Below the pieces are notes generated by a model. That model did not search any database. It saw nothing but the letters and a program-made list of their open reading frames with translations, and was not told the DNA's origin. The translations under genes and the position numbers were made by a program. Shown here one piece after another: positions 7,849-15,812 of a stretch of 64,000 bases of DNA (its first letter is position 1; each line of letters starts with the position of its first letter). This DNA is from a phage: assembly GCA_014687725.1 (NCBI GenBank), contig GCA_014687725.1_4094.1; one strand, 5' to 3'.

Positions 7849-8061
7849 ATGCAAGGTCAACTAATCGTTCGTAAATGGTCTGATACTAACGAAAAACCGT
7901 GGGATGTACAATACATCGGACCGGATGGGGTATCACGTTATCAGCCTGGCGTAACGCATAGTACTGAGCAATTCGCAAACGCTCACCGCGAACGCCTGTT
8001 AGAATCCATGAAACAGGGATTCTGTGAAAAATTCATTCAAGATCATTGGCTGAAAGATTAA
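7849..8061 (+). CDS. hypothetical small protein (70 aa)
   Basis: ATG with SD AAGAGGAA behind class I cassette. Confidence 0.7.
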   Translation: MQGQLIVRKWSDTNEKPWDVQYIGPDGVSRYQPGVTHSTEQFANAHRERLLESMKQGFCEKFIQDHWLKD

Positions 8062-8078
8062 TATAAGGAGTACAGCTT

Positions 8079-8171
8079 ATGCAAATGAATCCGATGATTA
8101 TTGTTTTAGCTGTACTTATGATCATTCATGCAATAGTAGAAGTATTAACGCAATCAGGAGTAATAAAATGA
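8079..8171 (+). CDS. 30-aa hydrophobic peptide
   Basis: ATG 8 nt after SD AAGGAG; MQMNPMIIVLAVLMIIHAIVEVL...; below track cut-off. Confidence 0.45.
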   Translation: MQMNPMIIVLAVLMIIHAIVEVLTQSGVIK

Positions 8172-8341
8172 TTCAAGTAGAATTATCAGTACTGAAAGAT
8201 CTGTTTTATCGGTTAGGTACTACTGGCGAGTATCCTAAAAGTGATACCGCAAAACTTTTTGTATCACTCGACTTATGGCAACGCGAACAATTAGTAATGT
8301 CCTGGCGTAAAGGTAAAGCAGATAGCGAGGTGAAAGCATGA
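8168..8341 (+). CDS. hypothetical small protein (57 aa)
   Basis: ATGA overlap with upstream stop; below track cut-off. Confidence 0.5.
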   Translation: MIQVELSVLKDLFYRLGTTGEYPKSDTAKLFVSLDLWQREQLVMSWRKGKADSEVKA

Positions 8342-8487
8342 AAGAATTCTTATTCGAAGTAGTGTTTCAAGGTGTCGGTAGTAACCAACTGATTCGCTCA
8401 AGTGGTTACAATGTTAACCAGGCATGGAATAACATTAAACAAATGTACCCGAACGCTATCACCTATCGCAACCCGAAACAAGTTTAA
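8338..8487 (+). CDS. hypothetical small protein (49 aa)
   Basis: ATGA overlap with upstream stop; followed by R1 terminator. Confidence 0.5.
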   Translation: MKEFLFEVVFQGVGSNQLIRSSGYNVNQAWNNIKQMYPNAITYRNPKQV

Positions 8488-8494
8488 AAATAAT

Positions 8495-8585
8495 TGAAAA
8501 AGGGATTGACTCCGGTCAGTCCCTTTGCTATTATATACGCATAGAAACAAATCAGCCCACAGGGTGCATAAATGTATCTATTGTT
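8495..8585 (+). repeat. R1 terminator-promoter cassette, copy B
   Basis: A-run + hairpin GGGATTGACTCCGGTCAGTCCC 8502-8523 + T-run; TTGACT 8506-8511, 17-nt spacer, TATTAT 8529-8534; 3' box ..AGCCCACAGGGTGCATAAATGTATCTATTG. Confidence 0.6.
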
Positions 8586-8812
8586 TGCTGGTGGCTAGTA
8601 CTATCAAGTACTGAAAACTATTTTTAAAAAAGTACTTGCATTGTACTTAGAATCAAGTATAATGTTTTACATCAGGACGGGGAACGAAACAAGTAACCCC
8701 GTTAAGTAGTCCAGGAGTAAGACATAAGAAAACCTCCCCTGATAAAATAGTTTGACAATAGAAAGTAAACGAGTATAATACTTACATCAACCACTGATAA
8801 GGAAACATTAAA

Positions 8813-9088
8813 ATGCGGATTCTACTGACAGCTAACGAAATCGAACAAGTACTGACTACTAACCTGGAAGACTGGAAACGTGAAGCAGATATCCAGGCGG
8901 TTCAACGGCTTAACGATGAGTTAACGCCGGATGACTTAAGCAAGATTGTAGATCCTCAATTCTACGAAGATATCCACGACACCGCGTTAAGCGTCGAGGA
9001 TGTACTAGATAAGCACTACATTGATATTGATTTGCAGGTTTACGGTCGTAAAAACTTTATCACTATTCACGACATTTACAATAATTAA
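8813..9088 (+). CDS. hypothetical protein (91 aa)
   Basis: ATG with SD AAGGAA; two promoters upstream. Confidence 0.7.
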   Translation: MRILLTANEIEQVLTTNLEDWKREADIQAVQRLNDELTPDDLSKIVDPQFYEDIHDTALSVEDVLDKHYIDIDLQVYGRKNFITIHDIYNN

Positions 9089-9174
9089 GTATTGACAAAG
9101 TATCTTAGTACTGTATAATAGTTTACATCGAGAGGGGGAATGGTTCCCCTCCTAACAAAGAGAGAGAAATAAAA

Positions 9175-9357
9175 ATGGCTAAATGCACTATCTGTAAGAA
9201 AGAAATCGTATTAGTTCCAAGTGCCCGTGAACGTGCCGCTCGGTTCGGTGGCAAACCGTCAGACTATACAAAAATGTTTACTGTCCATGCAGCTTGCCAG
9301 GTAGCAAAACGTTCACAAGAAAGCGTAGAATTAATGCGTAAACTTTCCAAAAAATAA
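9175..9357 (+). CDS. hypothetical small protein (60 aa), Cys-containing
   Basis: ATG with SD AGAGAGA behind class I cassette. Confidence 0.7.
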   Translation: MAKCTICKKEIVLVPSARERAARFGGKPSDYTKMFTVHAACQVAKRSQESVELMRKLSKK

Positions 9358-9445
9358 GTATTGACAAAGTATCTTAGTACTGTATAATAGTTTACATCAA
9401 GTGAGGGGAAACGGTTCCCCTCCTAACAAAGAGAGAGAAATAAAA

Positions 9446-9769
9446 ATGGCTATGATCCTTGCCCAGAAAGTAGAACTGAAAATTGTAACCTCCTTTGACA
9501 TTAAAGTTAATCGGTGGACTGATTCACACGGCAATACTTACCACTCTTGCTACGTGTCTGCGTTAATTGGTGATCGTTGGGAAGACCTGGGACATGAAAC
9601 CTTTACATACGGTTACGGCACACAAGGCGAATACACGGGCTTGGAGATCATTAAAGAAACCGTTATAGGTTTCAACCCGAAAGAAACAGTTATTCACCGC
9701 ATCGAGGAAGAGATCAACAAAGAAATAACAGTTCGATACTACGATGTAAAACGTAAGAAAGATATGTAA
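9446..9769 (+). CDS. hypothetical protein (107 aa)
   Basis: ATG 9446; track start 9401 is a GTG inside the leader hairpin; cassette 9355-9445 duplicates 9084-9174. Confidence 0.7.
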   Translation: MAMILAQKVELKIVTSFDIKVNRWTDSHGNTYHSCYVSALIGDRWEDLGHETFTYGYGTQGEYTGLEIIKETVIGFNPKETVIHRIEEEINKEITVRYYDVKRKKDM

Positions 9770-9855
9770 TAGAATCCATTTAAAGTACTATTTGACATTG
9801 CCCAGATAGTACTTTATAATAGACTCTAACTTGTAGTACTAACTCAACTAATAGG

Positions 9856-10260
9856 ATGTATACCATGATTACTAAATTCTACGCTACCCGTGAAGCTGCC
9901 CGTATTGTTGCACGCGAGGAAGGAGCAGCATTTAAAGACATGGGCAAAGATGCACCGAAAGGCCAACGCTGGGCCGTACAGTTCAAAGAGATCTCTGATA
10001 TTGTGAATTCACCTGAGCCAGTACTAACAGCAGCAGAACTAAAACGAGCGGATTTACTGGCGTCAATACTTGATGCACAAGATGAGTTTATCGCTGATTC
10101 TGATATCAAAGTACAGACAAACCATACCGCTTGGACTCACGCGGATCACCTGGCAAACCTGAAGCGTCCAAGTGAACTGGTACGCAACCAGAAAGAGATC
10201 CGACACGACCGTAAGGGTAATCGTGTAACAGTATACAGTAAACGCCGCCAGGTTATCTAA
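9856..10260 (+). CDS. hypothetical protein (134 aa)
   Basis: Track ORF; alternative ATG at 9865; GC-richer than neighbours. Confidence 0.7.
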   Translation: MYTMITKFYATREAARIVAREEGAAFKDMGKDAPKGQRWAVQFKEISDIVNSPEPVLTAAELKRADLLASILDAQDEFIADSDIKVQTNHTAWTHADHLANLKRPSELVRNQKEIRHDRKGNRVTVYSKRRQVI

Positions 10261-10282
10261 TAACTTGCAGTACTAACAACAC

Positions 10283-10308
10283 GGCGGGATCAGTTCCCGC
10301 CTTTTTTA
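10283..10308 (+). terminator. rho-independent terminator
   Basis: stem GGCGGGA/TCCCGCC + T6. Confidence 0.8.
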
Positions 10309-10321
10309 TAGGACAAACAAA

Positions 10322-10576
10322 ATGATTAAGGTTCAACTATATAAAGATAATATCTTGCGGGTACACTATAAAGCCCCTCAGAGAATCATCACAAAGGCCG
10401 TACAGCTTGCTAATGAGTTTATTAATGGTAACCTATTACCAAGGAAGTTAAGCAACGGAAAACTGCGTGTAATCGATGTAGACACTAACAACAGAATAGT
10501 AATTGAGAACACAGGAAAGATAAACCTATATGAACACCAACAATATAATAAGAAAATAAAACTAATATCACGTTGA
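10322..10576 (+). CDS. hypothetical protein (84 aa)
   Basis: ATG with SD AGGA. Confidence 0.6.
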   Translation: MIKVQLYKDNILRVHYKAPQRIITKAVQLANEFINGNLLPRKLSNGKLRVIDVDTNNRIVIENTGKINLYEHQQYNKKIKLISR

Positions 10577-10629
10577 CAGTACTCAATTGTTTTAGTACTA
10601 TGTACATATACCAACACGGGAGAAACAAA

Positions 10630-10848
10630 ATGAAATTATCTAAAATCGAAAAGAAAACTATTGATGAAGCAGTTAAGCACGGTTATACCTTTCGTAATGA
10701 TTCACATTTTACCAATTTTCAACAAGGGTATCGTACTATTAAAAAACTCATTGACAAAGGTTTATTAGTTGAAGTCAATAACGGCAATGGTATTGAGTAT
10801 CAACCAACACAAGACGCATTTTATTTTAAGAAATATAATATTATCTAA
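10630..10848 (+). CDS. hypothetical protein (72 aa)
   Basis: ATG 10630 with SD GGGAGAAA; track start 10573 is the TTG of the promoter -35. Confidence 0.65.
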   Translation: MKLSKIEKKTIDEAVKHGYTFRNDSHFTNFQQGYRTIKKLIDKGLLVEVNNGNGIEYQPTQDAFYFKKYNII

Positions 10849-10905
10849 TTGACAGTACTCAAATGTTTTAGTACTATATGTACATACCAACACGGGGAAA
10901 ACAAA

Positions 10906-11148
10906 ATGATTACTTTAGAAAAACGTATCAAAGAAACTACATCGCTGGTGGAACTGTTAACAGTACTGAAATGCCGTACTACTCGGTTTAGTACACCGGA
11001 CTTTATTAATATGGTTGATGTTAACGGTCGTTATCGCATTGCAGTAGAACAAGGAACAGCGAAAGTATTCAGTACTAAAAACACTAAGGAAGTGATTCAT
11101 GCTGTAAGTGTTAAAAAAGTAGTTGCCATTGATAGTAAAGTACTGTAA
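10906..11148 (+). CDS. hypothetical protein (80 aa)
   Basis: ATG 10906; promoter/leader block 10849-10905 duplicates 10563-10629. Confidence 0.65.
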   Translation: MITLEKRIKETTSLVELLTVLKCRTTRFSTPDFINMVDVNGRYRIAVEQGTAKVFSTKNTKEVIHAVSVKKVVAIDSKVL

Positions 11149-11179
11149 GATAGTTTCATTAACTCAAGGAGAACATGCA

Positions 11180-11764
11180 ATGCGTAATTATACTAAATTC
11201 ATCCGTACCCTGTCAGAAATGGAAACCAACAAAGAGATCCTTTCAGCTTGTCGGTTAGCTGGTCTGGAGATCATCGGTGCGGGTTCTTCCCGTATTGTAT
11301 TCGCTTTAAATGATCGGTTAGTGATCAAGGTCGCGAATTGTGATGCGGGTGTAGAACAAAATGAAACTGAATGTAAGGTATGGAATTTTTTAGATTATGA
11401 CCGCCCTCAATTGAAACAGTACTTTGCAAAGGTGCATATGCATTTATGCGATCCTGATAATATGTTTATCGTTATGGATCGGTTGAGTACTGCAAGTAAA
11501 GGCAGTGTAAAGCACGTAAACGCGTGCAATGAATTAAAGTACAATATTAAACGTAATGCCATTGAACGCCAGCACCGCTTTGCTGATGCACTACAACACG
11601 TTGATGATACATTATCAACACTAACGATAAGAGATATCAGAAAACAGAATATCGGCCAGGATCGTAATGGCCTTATTAAAGTACTTGATTACGGTTTAAC
11701 CCGCAATATCTGGAATCAGTACTATAAAAAGCGTGATGTAGAAGCAAGTAAGGTAACACGATAA
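11180..11764 (+). CDS. protein kinase-like protein (eukaryote-type kinase fold)
   Basis: Gly-rich loop GAGSSRIVF, VIKVA lysine, catalytic-loop-like IRDIRKQN, DFG-like DYG; ATG with SD AAGGAG. Confidence 0.75.
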   Translation: MRNYTKFIRTLSEMETNKEILSACRLAGLEIIGAGSSRIVFALNDRLVIKVANCDAGVEQNETECKVWNFLDYDRPQLKQYFAKVHMHLCDPDNMFIVMDRLSTASKGSVKHVNACNELKYNIKRNAIERQHRFADALQHVDDTLSTLTIRDIRKQNIGQDRNGLIKVLDYGLTRNIWNQYYKKRDVEASKVTR

Positions 11765-11771
11765 AAAAGAT

Positions 11772-11862
11772 TAAAAAAGGGATTGACTCCGGTCAGTCCC
11801 TTTGCTATTATATATTCATTGAGAGATAACTCACTGACCCATAGGGTGCGGAAGTGTATCTA
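11772..11862 (+). repeat. R1 terminator-promoter cassette, copy C
   Basis: hairpin 11779-11800; TTGACT 11783-11788, TATTAT 11806-11811. Confidence 0.6.
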
Positions 11863-11984
11863 TTATATAAGTATTCAGTACTGAAAACTATTTTAAAAAA
11901 GTACTTGCAATGTACTTAGAATCAAGTATAATGTTTTACATAGAGAGGGGGAAATGGTTCTCCCTGGTAATAAGGAATAAAATC

Positions 11985-12206
11985 ATGACTACAATGACTT
12001 GCATTTACGCTTCCAATCTTCTGAATGATGCGGCCTTTAATGTTGATTCAGAATATCAATGTTATCGGGATGAAAATAAAAAAGTTTTTGTAGTTGATAA
12101 TAATGGTTTCCATATTGAATTACAATCCGGTTTCACTGGTGTTGATGGTAAATCAGTGTGGGGCGTACAGGATGATAAAGGCACATATCATTTTAAACGT
12201 AATTAA
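11985..12206 (+). CDS. hypothetical small protein (73 aa)
   Basis: ATG 11985 with SD AAGGAA; track start 11910 is inside promoter/leader. Confidence 0.7.
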   Translation: MTTMTCIYASNLLNDAAFNVDSEYQCYRDENKKVFVVDNNGFHIELQSGFTGVDGKSVWGVQDDKGTYHFKRN

Positions 12207-12290
12207 GTATTGACAAAGTATATCAGTACTGTATAATAGTTTACATCAAGGGGAGAATAGTTCTCCCCGATACTAAAAGGAAACAAAATT

Positions 12291-12563
12291 ATGTCCAGCT
12301 ACTCCGCTACTATGATCATTAAAGATATGAACGGTAATCCTACTTCTGCTGGTGGATCATTTGGAAACATTAATTTAGATGGTCGGTTATCCATGCAATC
12401 AGCCATCGATGCAGCGAAAGAAGTTTTTAAGAATGAATGTACTGTTAGTAAGCTGGATTATATGGGATTCGCTATCGAGAAAACTAATCGTTTTGTGAAC
12501 TACAAAAATCCACTGATGATTGATACTAACCTGAAAGCTAACGAAGTGGGGTACTTATTATGA
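12291..12563 (+). CDS. hypothetical protein (90 aa)
   Basis: ATG with SD AAAGGAA behind class I cassette. Confidence 0.7.
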   Translation: MSSYSATMIIKDMNGNPTSAGGSFGNINLDGRLSMQSAIDAAKEVFKNECTVSKLDYMGFAIEKTNRFVNYKNPLMIDTNLKANEVGYLL

Positions 12564-12751
12564 CAGTAGAAGAAGTTAAAAAAGTACTGGCAGTACTACG
12601 CTATCATAATCATTGCAAGGTGAAGAATGATCCTGATTATGTTGATTCATCCCTGGAGGAAGACACATTAAACGCAATAAGCCATATGCAAACATTAGCA
12701 AAGCGTATGACCGAAAAGAATAGACCGGACTATATCGGAAATAAAATTTAA
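12560..12751 (+). CDS. hypothetical small protein (63 aa)
   Basis: ATGA overlap with upstream stop. Confidence 0.6.
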   Translation: MTVEEVKKVLAVLRYHNHCKVKNDPDYVDSSLEEDTLNAISHMQTLAKRMTEKNRPDYIGNKI

Positions 12752-12837
12752 AAAGTACTTGCATTGTAGTTAGATTAACGTATAATGTTTTACATAGAGC
12801 GGGGGAACTATTCCCCCGCCAGTCCAGGAGATACACC

Positions 12838-13101
12838 ATGAACACTATCGAAATCACTATCAATGCACACGTATACGACAACGTAGTACTGCAAACTACT
12901 ATGACCGCTAATGATACCAGTACTTTGCGGAATACTGTTATTAGTGCCGTATGTGCCGCTATCGGTGATGTCGCCCTGGAAAATGCAGAACACATCAACA
13001 ACGGTTTCACTATGTGCAAACGTGATAACGCAAAACATATCATCGTAGAAGGTTACGGCGGTGTAGAATATAATCTTTATATGAAAAAAGTACTTGCATA
13101 A
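12838..13101 (+). CDS. hypothetical protein (87 aa)
   Basis: ATG with SD AGGAGA behind class I cassette. Confidence 0.7.
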   Translation: MNTIEITINAHVYDNVVLQTTMTANDTSTLRNTVISAVCAAIGDVALENAEHINNGFTMCKRDNAKHIIVEGYGGVEYNLYMKKVLA

Positions 13102-13168
13102 TAACTAAAACAAAGTATAATGTTTTGCATAGGGGGAGATATCCTCCCCCACTAAAAGGAGTAATAAA

Positions 13169-13393
13169 ATGGCTAACTTTGATGAACTGATGCGGGAAGT
13201 AGCTAACCTGGCAGAAGAGAAGAAATCATTCGATTCTATCTATAACACCGCTCACCGTGATTCAGTACTGGCATGTACTCAGGATCAAAAAGATGAACTA
13301 ATCGCCACATATCATGAAGCATGGAAGTACTACCGCCAATGGGAGAAAGAAGAAAGCGAGTCTACCATCAACGGCATCAATAATCTAATCTAA
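13169..13393 (+). CDS. hypothetical small protein (74 aa)
   Basis: ATG with SD AAAGGAG behind class I cassette. Confidence 0.7.
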   Translation: MANFDELMREVANLAEEKKSFDSIYNTAHRDSVLACTQDQKDELIATYHEAWKYYRQWEKEESESTINGINNLI

Positions 13394-13469
13394 AAGTTTT
13401 ATTTCAGTACTATTGACATAGCTTGATAGTACTGATGTAATAACTTTACTAACTACAAGGGGAAACATA

Positions 13470-13727
13470 ATGGAACAGTTCACACAATATCGGGTAAATC
13501 CTCAAGCTATGGCCTACGTAGAAGACCATAAAACGTTACCAGTACTAACACCAATTAAAGGCCATATCTATCGTGCAATGTCATGGAATACGGCCCAGGA
13601 TGGATATACTACCGCTGGCGTGGGTATGTATTGCGGGAATGGTGAATGGTTTGATCCAAATAATCCGGTAGCCATTGACAGTACTGAAAAAATGAAATGG
13701 GCCGACTACATCGAAGATATTTCATAA
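13470..13727 (+). CDS. hypothetical protein (85 aa)
   Basis: ATG with SD AAGGGGAA behind class II promoter (TTGACA 13413-13418). Confidence 0.7.
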   Translation: MEQFTQYRVNPQAMAYVEDHKTLPVLTPIKGHIYRAMSWNTAQDGYTTAGVGMYCGNGEWFDPNNPVAIDSTEKMKWADYIEDIS

Positions 13728-13816
13728 AACTATTTGACAGTACTAACCAGTAATGTATAATGTTTTACATAGAGCGGGGGAATAGTTCTCCCGCCAATAG
13801 TTTGGAGTAAAACATT

Positions 13817-14017
13817 ATGTCTATCGCTATCGCCCTGGTTGAAGTACTGAAAGAAGCTAAAGCCAACCTTATCGATGTACAGATTAAGGAATTACAAAAT
13901 GGTTTAATCGGCTGTACTTGTACCGCTGGTGGAGCGGCAGACTATCGGGAATTCGAATCACTTGAATCGATGGTCCGTTATCTTACCATGATCGTAGAAG
14001 ATTGGAGAATCATCTAA
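13817..14017 (+). CDS. hypothetical small protein (66 aa)
   Basis: ATG with SD TTGGAG behind class I cassette. Confidence 0.7.
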   Translation: MSIAIALVEVLKEAKANLIDVQIKELQNGLIGCTCTAGGAADYREFESLESMVRYLTMIVEDWRII

Positions 14018-14028
14018 CAAAAAAGAAT

Positions 14029-14115
14029 AAAAAAAGGGATTGACTCCGGTCAGTCCCTTTGCTATTATATACGCATAGACAAAAACTAGCCCACTGGGTG
14101 CAGGAGTGTATCTAA
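14029..14115 (+). repeat. R1 terminator-promoter cassette, copy D
   Basis: hairpin 14036-14057; TTGACT 14040-14045, TATTAT 14063-14068. Confidence 0.6.
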
Positions 14116-14263
14116 AATATATAGTTAATAACGGTGAGTAACTATCTGCTGGTGGGGTGAAAACTATTAATAAAAAAAGTATTGACAAAGTATATCAGTA
14201 CTGCAATAATGTATCTCGTAGGGCGGCAATGGTGCGACGGCCCACAAAGTTAGGAGATTCAAA

Positions 14264-14596
14264 ATGAGTACTTCAATCGCTATCGTTAAAGCTTTCATCC
14301 GTACCAATGTTTCATCTGTATTCATCGACGGTCTGGATCGGGAAGTAGAATACTCAATCATTATCGCACAGACTGCAAACGGTGCTCGGTATATCCTTAA
14401 TGATAGTGAAGCAAATCACTACTACTTCACTAAAGCTACTGGCTTTAAACGCATCGATGCTGACGTAGTATACACTAAGATGAATAAGCTGGTAGACAAG
14501 ATTAACGCGAAAGGTACTATCGATTTACAGTACTGGACCGAAACCGATCCAGAATATGGATCTCACCGCTACCTGAATCCAGGTATTAAAATGTAA
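14264..14596 (+). CDS. hypothetical protein (110 aa)
   Basis: ATG with SD TAGGAGA. Confidence 0.7.
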   Translation: MSTSIAIVKAFIRTNVSSVFIDGLDREVEYSIIIAQTANGARYILNDSEANHYYFTKATGFKRIDADVVYTKMNKLVDKINAKGTIDLQYWTETDPEYGSHRYLNPGIKM

Positions 14597-14685
14597 AAAG
14601 TACTTGCATAGTACTTAGAATCAAGTATAATGTTTTACATAGAGAGGGGGAAATGGTTCTCCCTCCTAAATTAAGGAGTTTTATC

Positions 14686-15087
14686 ATGACCTTCTCAATC
14701 AATTCCTTCGCTGACGTTTTAGTACTGGCTCGGACTTTCGGTAAAGATGCACTGGAGTACGCTGTAAGTAATGGTACTATCCAACCGGAACAGTGCCGCA
14801 TCATTGGAAACTGCAAACGTTGGGCGGTATCCAATACTATTGCACTGGAAAACTTCCACGATGGCAACAATGAATATTCTGTTGATGTAGTATTCGAAGC
14901 CGTTGATCTCGGCGGTATCTATAATACTAACCTGAATGATGTGCGTATCGTTCGCACGGGGTTCGGTGCTTATGATGTATCTATTCGTGAAGCTATGAAC
15001 ACCGGATACATTAGCAAGGACTTACTTGCTCACATCATGCAGCTGTGTACGGAACGTAACGAAGCACGCACTATCTTAGGACTGTAA
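14686..15087 (+). CDS. hypothetical protein (133 aa)
   Basis: ATG 14686 with SD AAGGAG; track start 14653 lies in leader hairpin. Confidence 0.7.
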   Translation: MTFSINSFADVLVLARTFGKDALEYAVSNGTIQPEQCRIIGNCKRWAVSNTIALENFHDGNNEYSVDVVFEAVDLGGIYNTNLNDVRIVRTGFGAYDVSIREAMNTGYISKDLLAHIMQLCTERNEARTILGL

Positions 15088-15155
15088 GCGTTACACATCA
15101 CCAAACATCATAGGCCGCCTTGTAGCGGCCTTAACTATATCAGGAGGGCATACAT

Positions 15156-15365
15156 ATGTTCTATACAGTATACAGCGTTCTAGGTACTATTGCAGGCGTA
15201 CATGATAACGTCAATGATGCTATGCGTACAGTACTGCAACAGGTTCCACTAAAGCCTAAGACCATTAAGCAGATGACAGCACGACTAACCAGGGCGACCG
15301 ATGGCGTGGAAGTATGGCAGGACTACGGGGATACACAGATAATCGTTAGCGTAACGAAGGATTAA
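15156..15365 (+). CDS. hypothetical small protein (69 aa)
   Basis: ATG with SD AGGAGGG. Confidence 0.65.
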   Translation: MFYTVYSVLGTIAGVHDNVNDAMRTVLQQVPLKPKTIKQMTARLTRATDGVEVWQDYGDTQIIVSVTKD

Positions 15366-15393
15366 TGCGTAAAGGGATCTAGTACTGATTCAG

Positions 15394-15459
15394 AAAAAAG
15401 TCAAGGCGTTTTTAAAATTATGCGTTAAAAAAATGCATAGGTAATCCCTTGACTTTTTT
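15394..15459. repeat. 13-bp perfect inverted repeat flanking a 40-nt AT-rich core
   Basis: AAAAAAGTCAAGG 15394-15406 / CCTTGACTTTTTT 15447-15459; in the 250-bp gene-free region before the array. Confidence 0.5.
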
Positions 15460-15556
15460 GAAATAAAAGGGATTGGACTATGGCAAAATGCGTAGGGGGC
15501 TAAAGGGCGGGTAACCTTAGCGACTTCGATAAAGGGGTATTACGAATAAAATGTTA

Positions 15557-15585
15557 TTGACTTTTTATATGAATCGTATAAAATA
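15557..15585 (+). promoter_or_regulatory. promoter at head of paralog array
   Basis: TTGACT 15557-15562, ~16-nt spacer, TAAAAT -10; then SD AAGGGAG. Confidence 0.5.
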
Positions 15586-15614
15586 TGATTGATATTAATT
15601 TTAAGGGAGTCCCT

Positions 15615-15812
15615 ATGCGTATTTTAACTAAAGAACAGCACCACGAAAGACTTATCAATAACATGGCTATGATAATGTATAAGTCCCATGACCGTGGTAT
15701 TGCCTATAAGCGTGAATTAATTATGGCACTATTCATTGGAACTAACTTTCAGGAAAGGTATGTCAACGATTGGATTTGGTATTTAATTGAAGATATAACG
15801 AGTAAACTATGA
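15615..15812 (+). CDS. family A paralog (LGTNYQ-motif small protein)
   Basis: motif FIGTNFQER; ATG 15615 with SD AAGGGAG (track start 15585). Confidence 0.65.
   Translation: MRILTKEQHHERLINNMAMIMYKSHDRGIAYKRELIMALFIGTNFQERYVNDWIWYLIEDITSKL

Noticed and set aside
4809-14115. R1 cassettes as small mobile elements (MITE/IS-like)
   Set aside because: No terminal inverted repeats with target-site duplications and no transposase; they sit precisely at gene ends and carry terminator/promoter features, so a regulatory-cassette interpretation fits better
1533-14870. Minus-strand ORFs from the six-frame track in the early region (1533-1778, 2632-2955, 4285-4470, 4352-4627, 5248-5475, 5624-5812, 6576-6764, 6925-7218, 7296-7550, 9879-10109, 10378-10617, 12576-13043, 12808-13038, 13958-14188, 14167-14361, 14586-14870)
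   Set aside because: Each lies antisense to a well-supported plus-strand gene or across promoter/terminator cassettes, with no SD or promoter of its own; the whole window is otherwise co-directional
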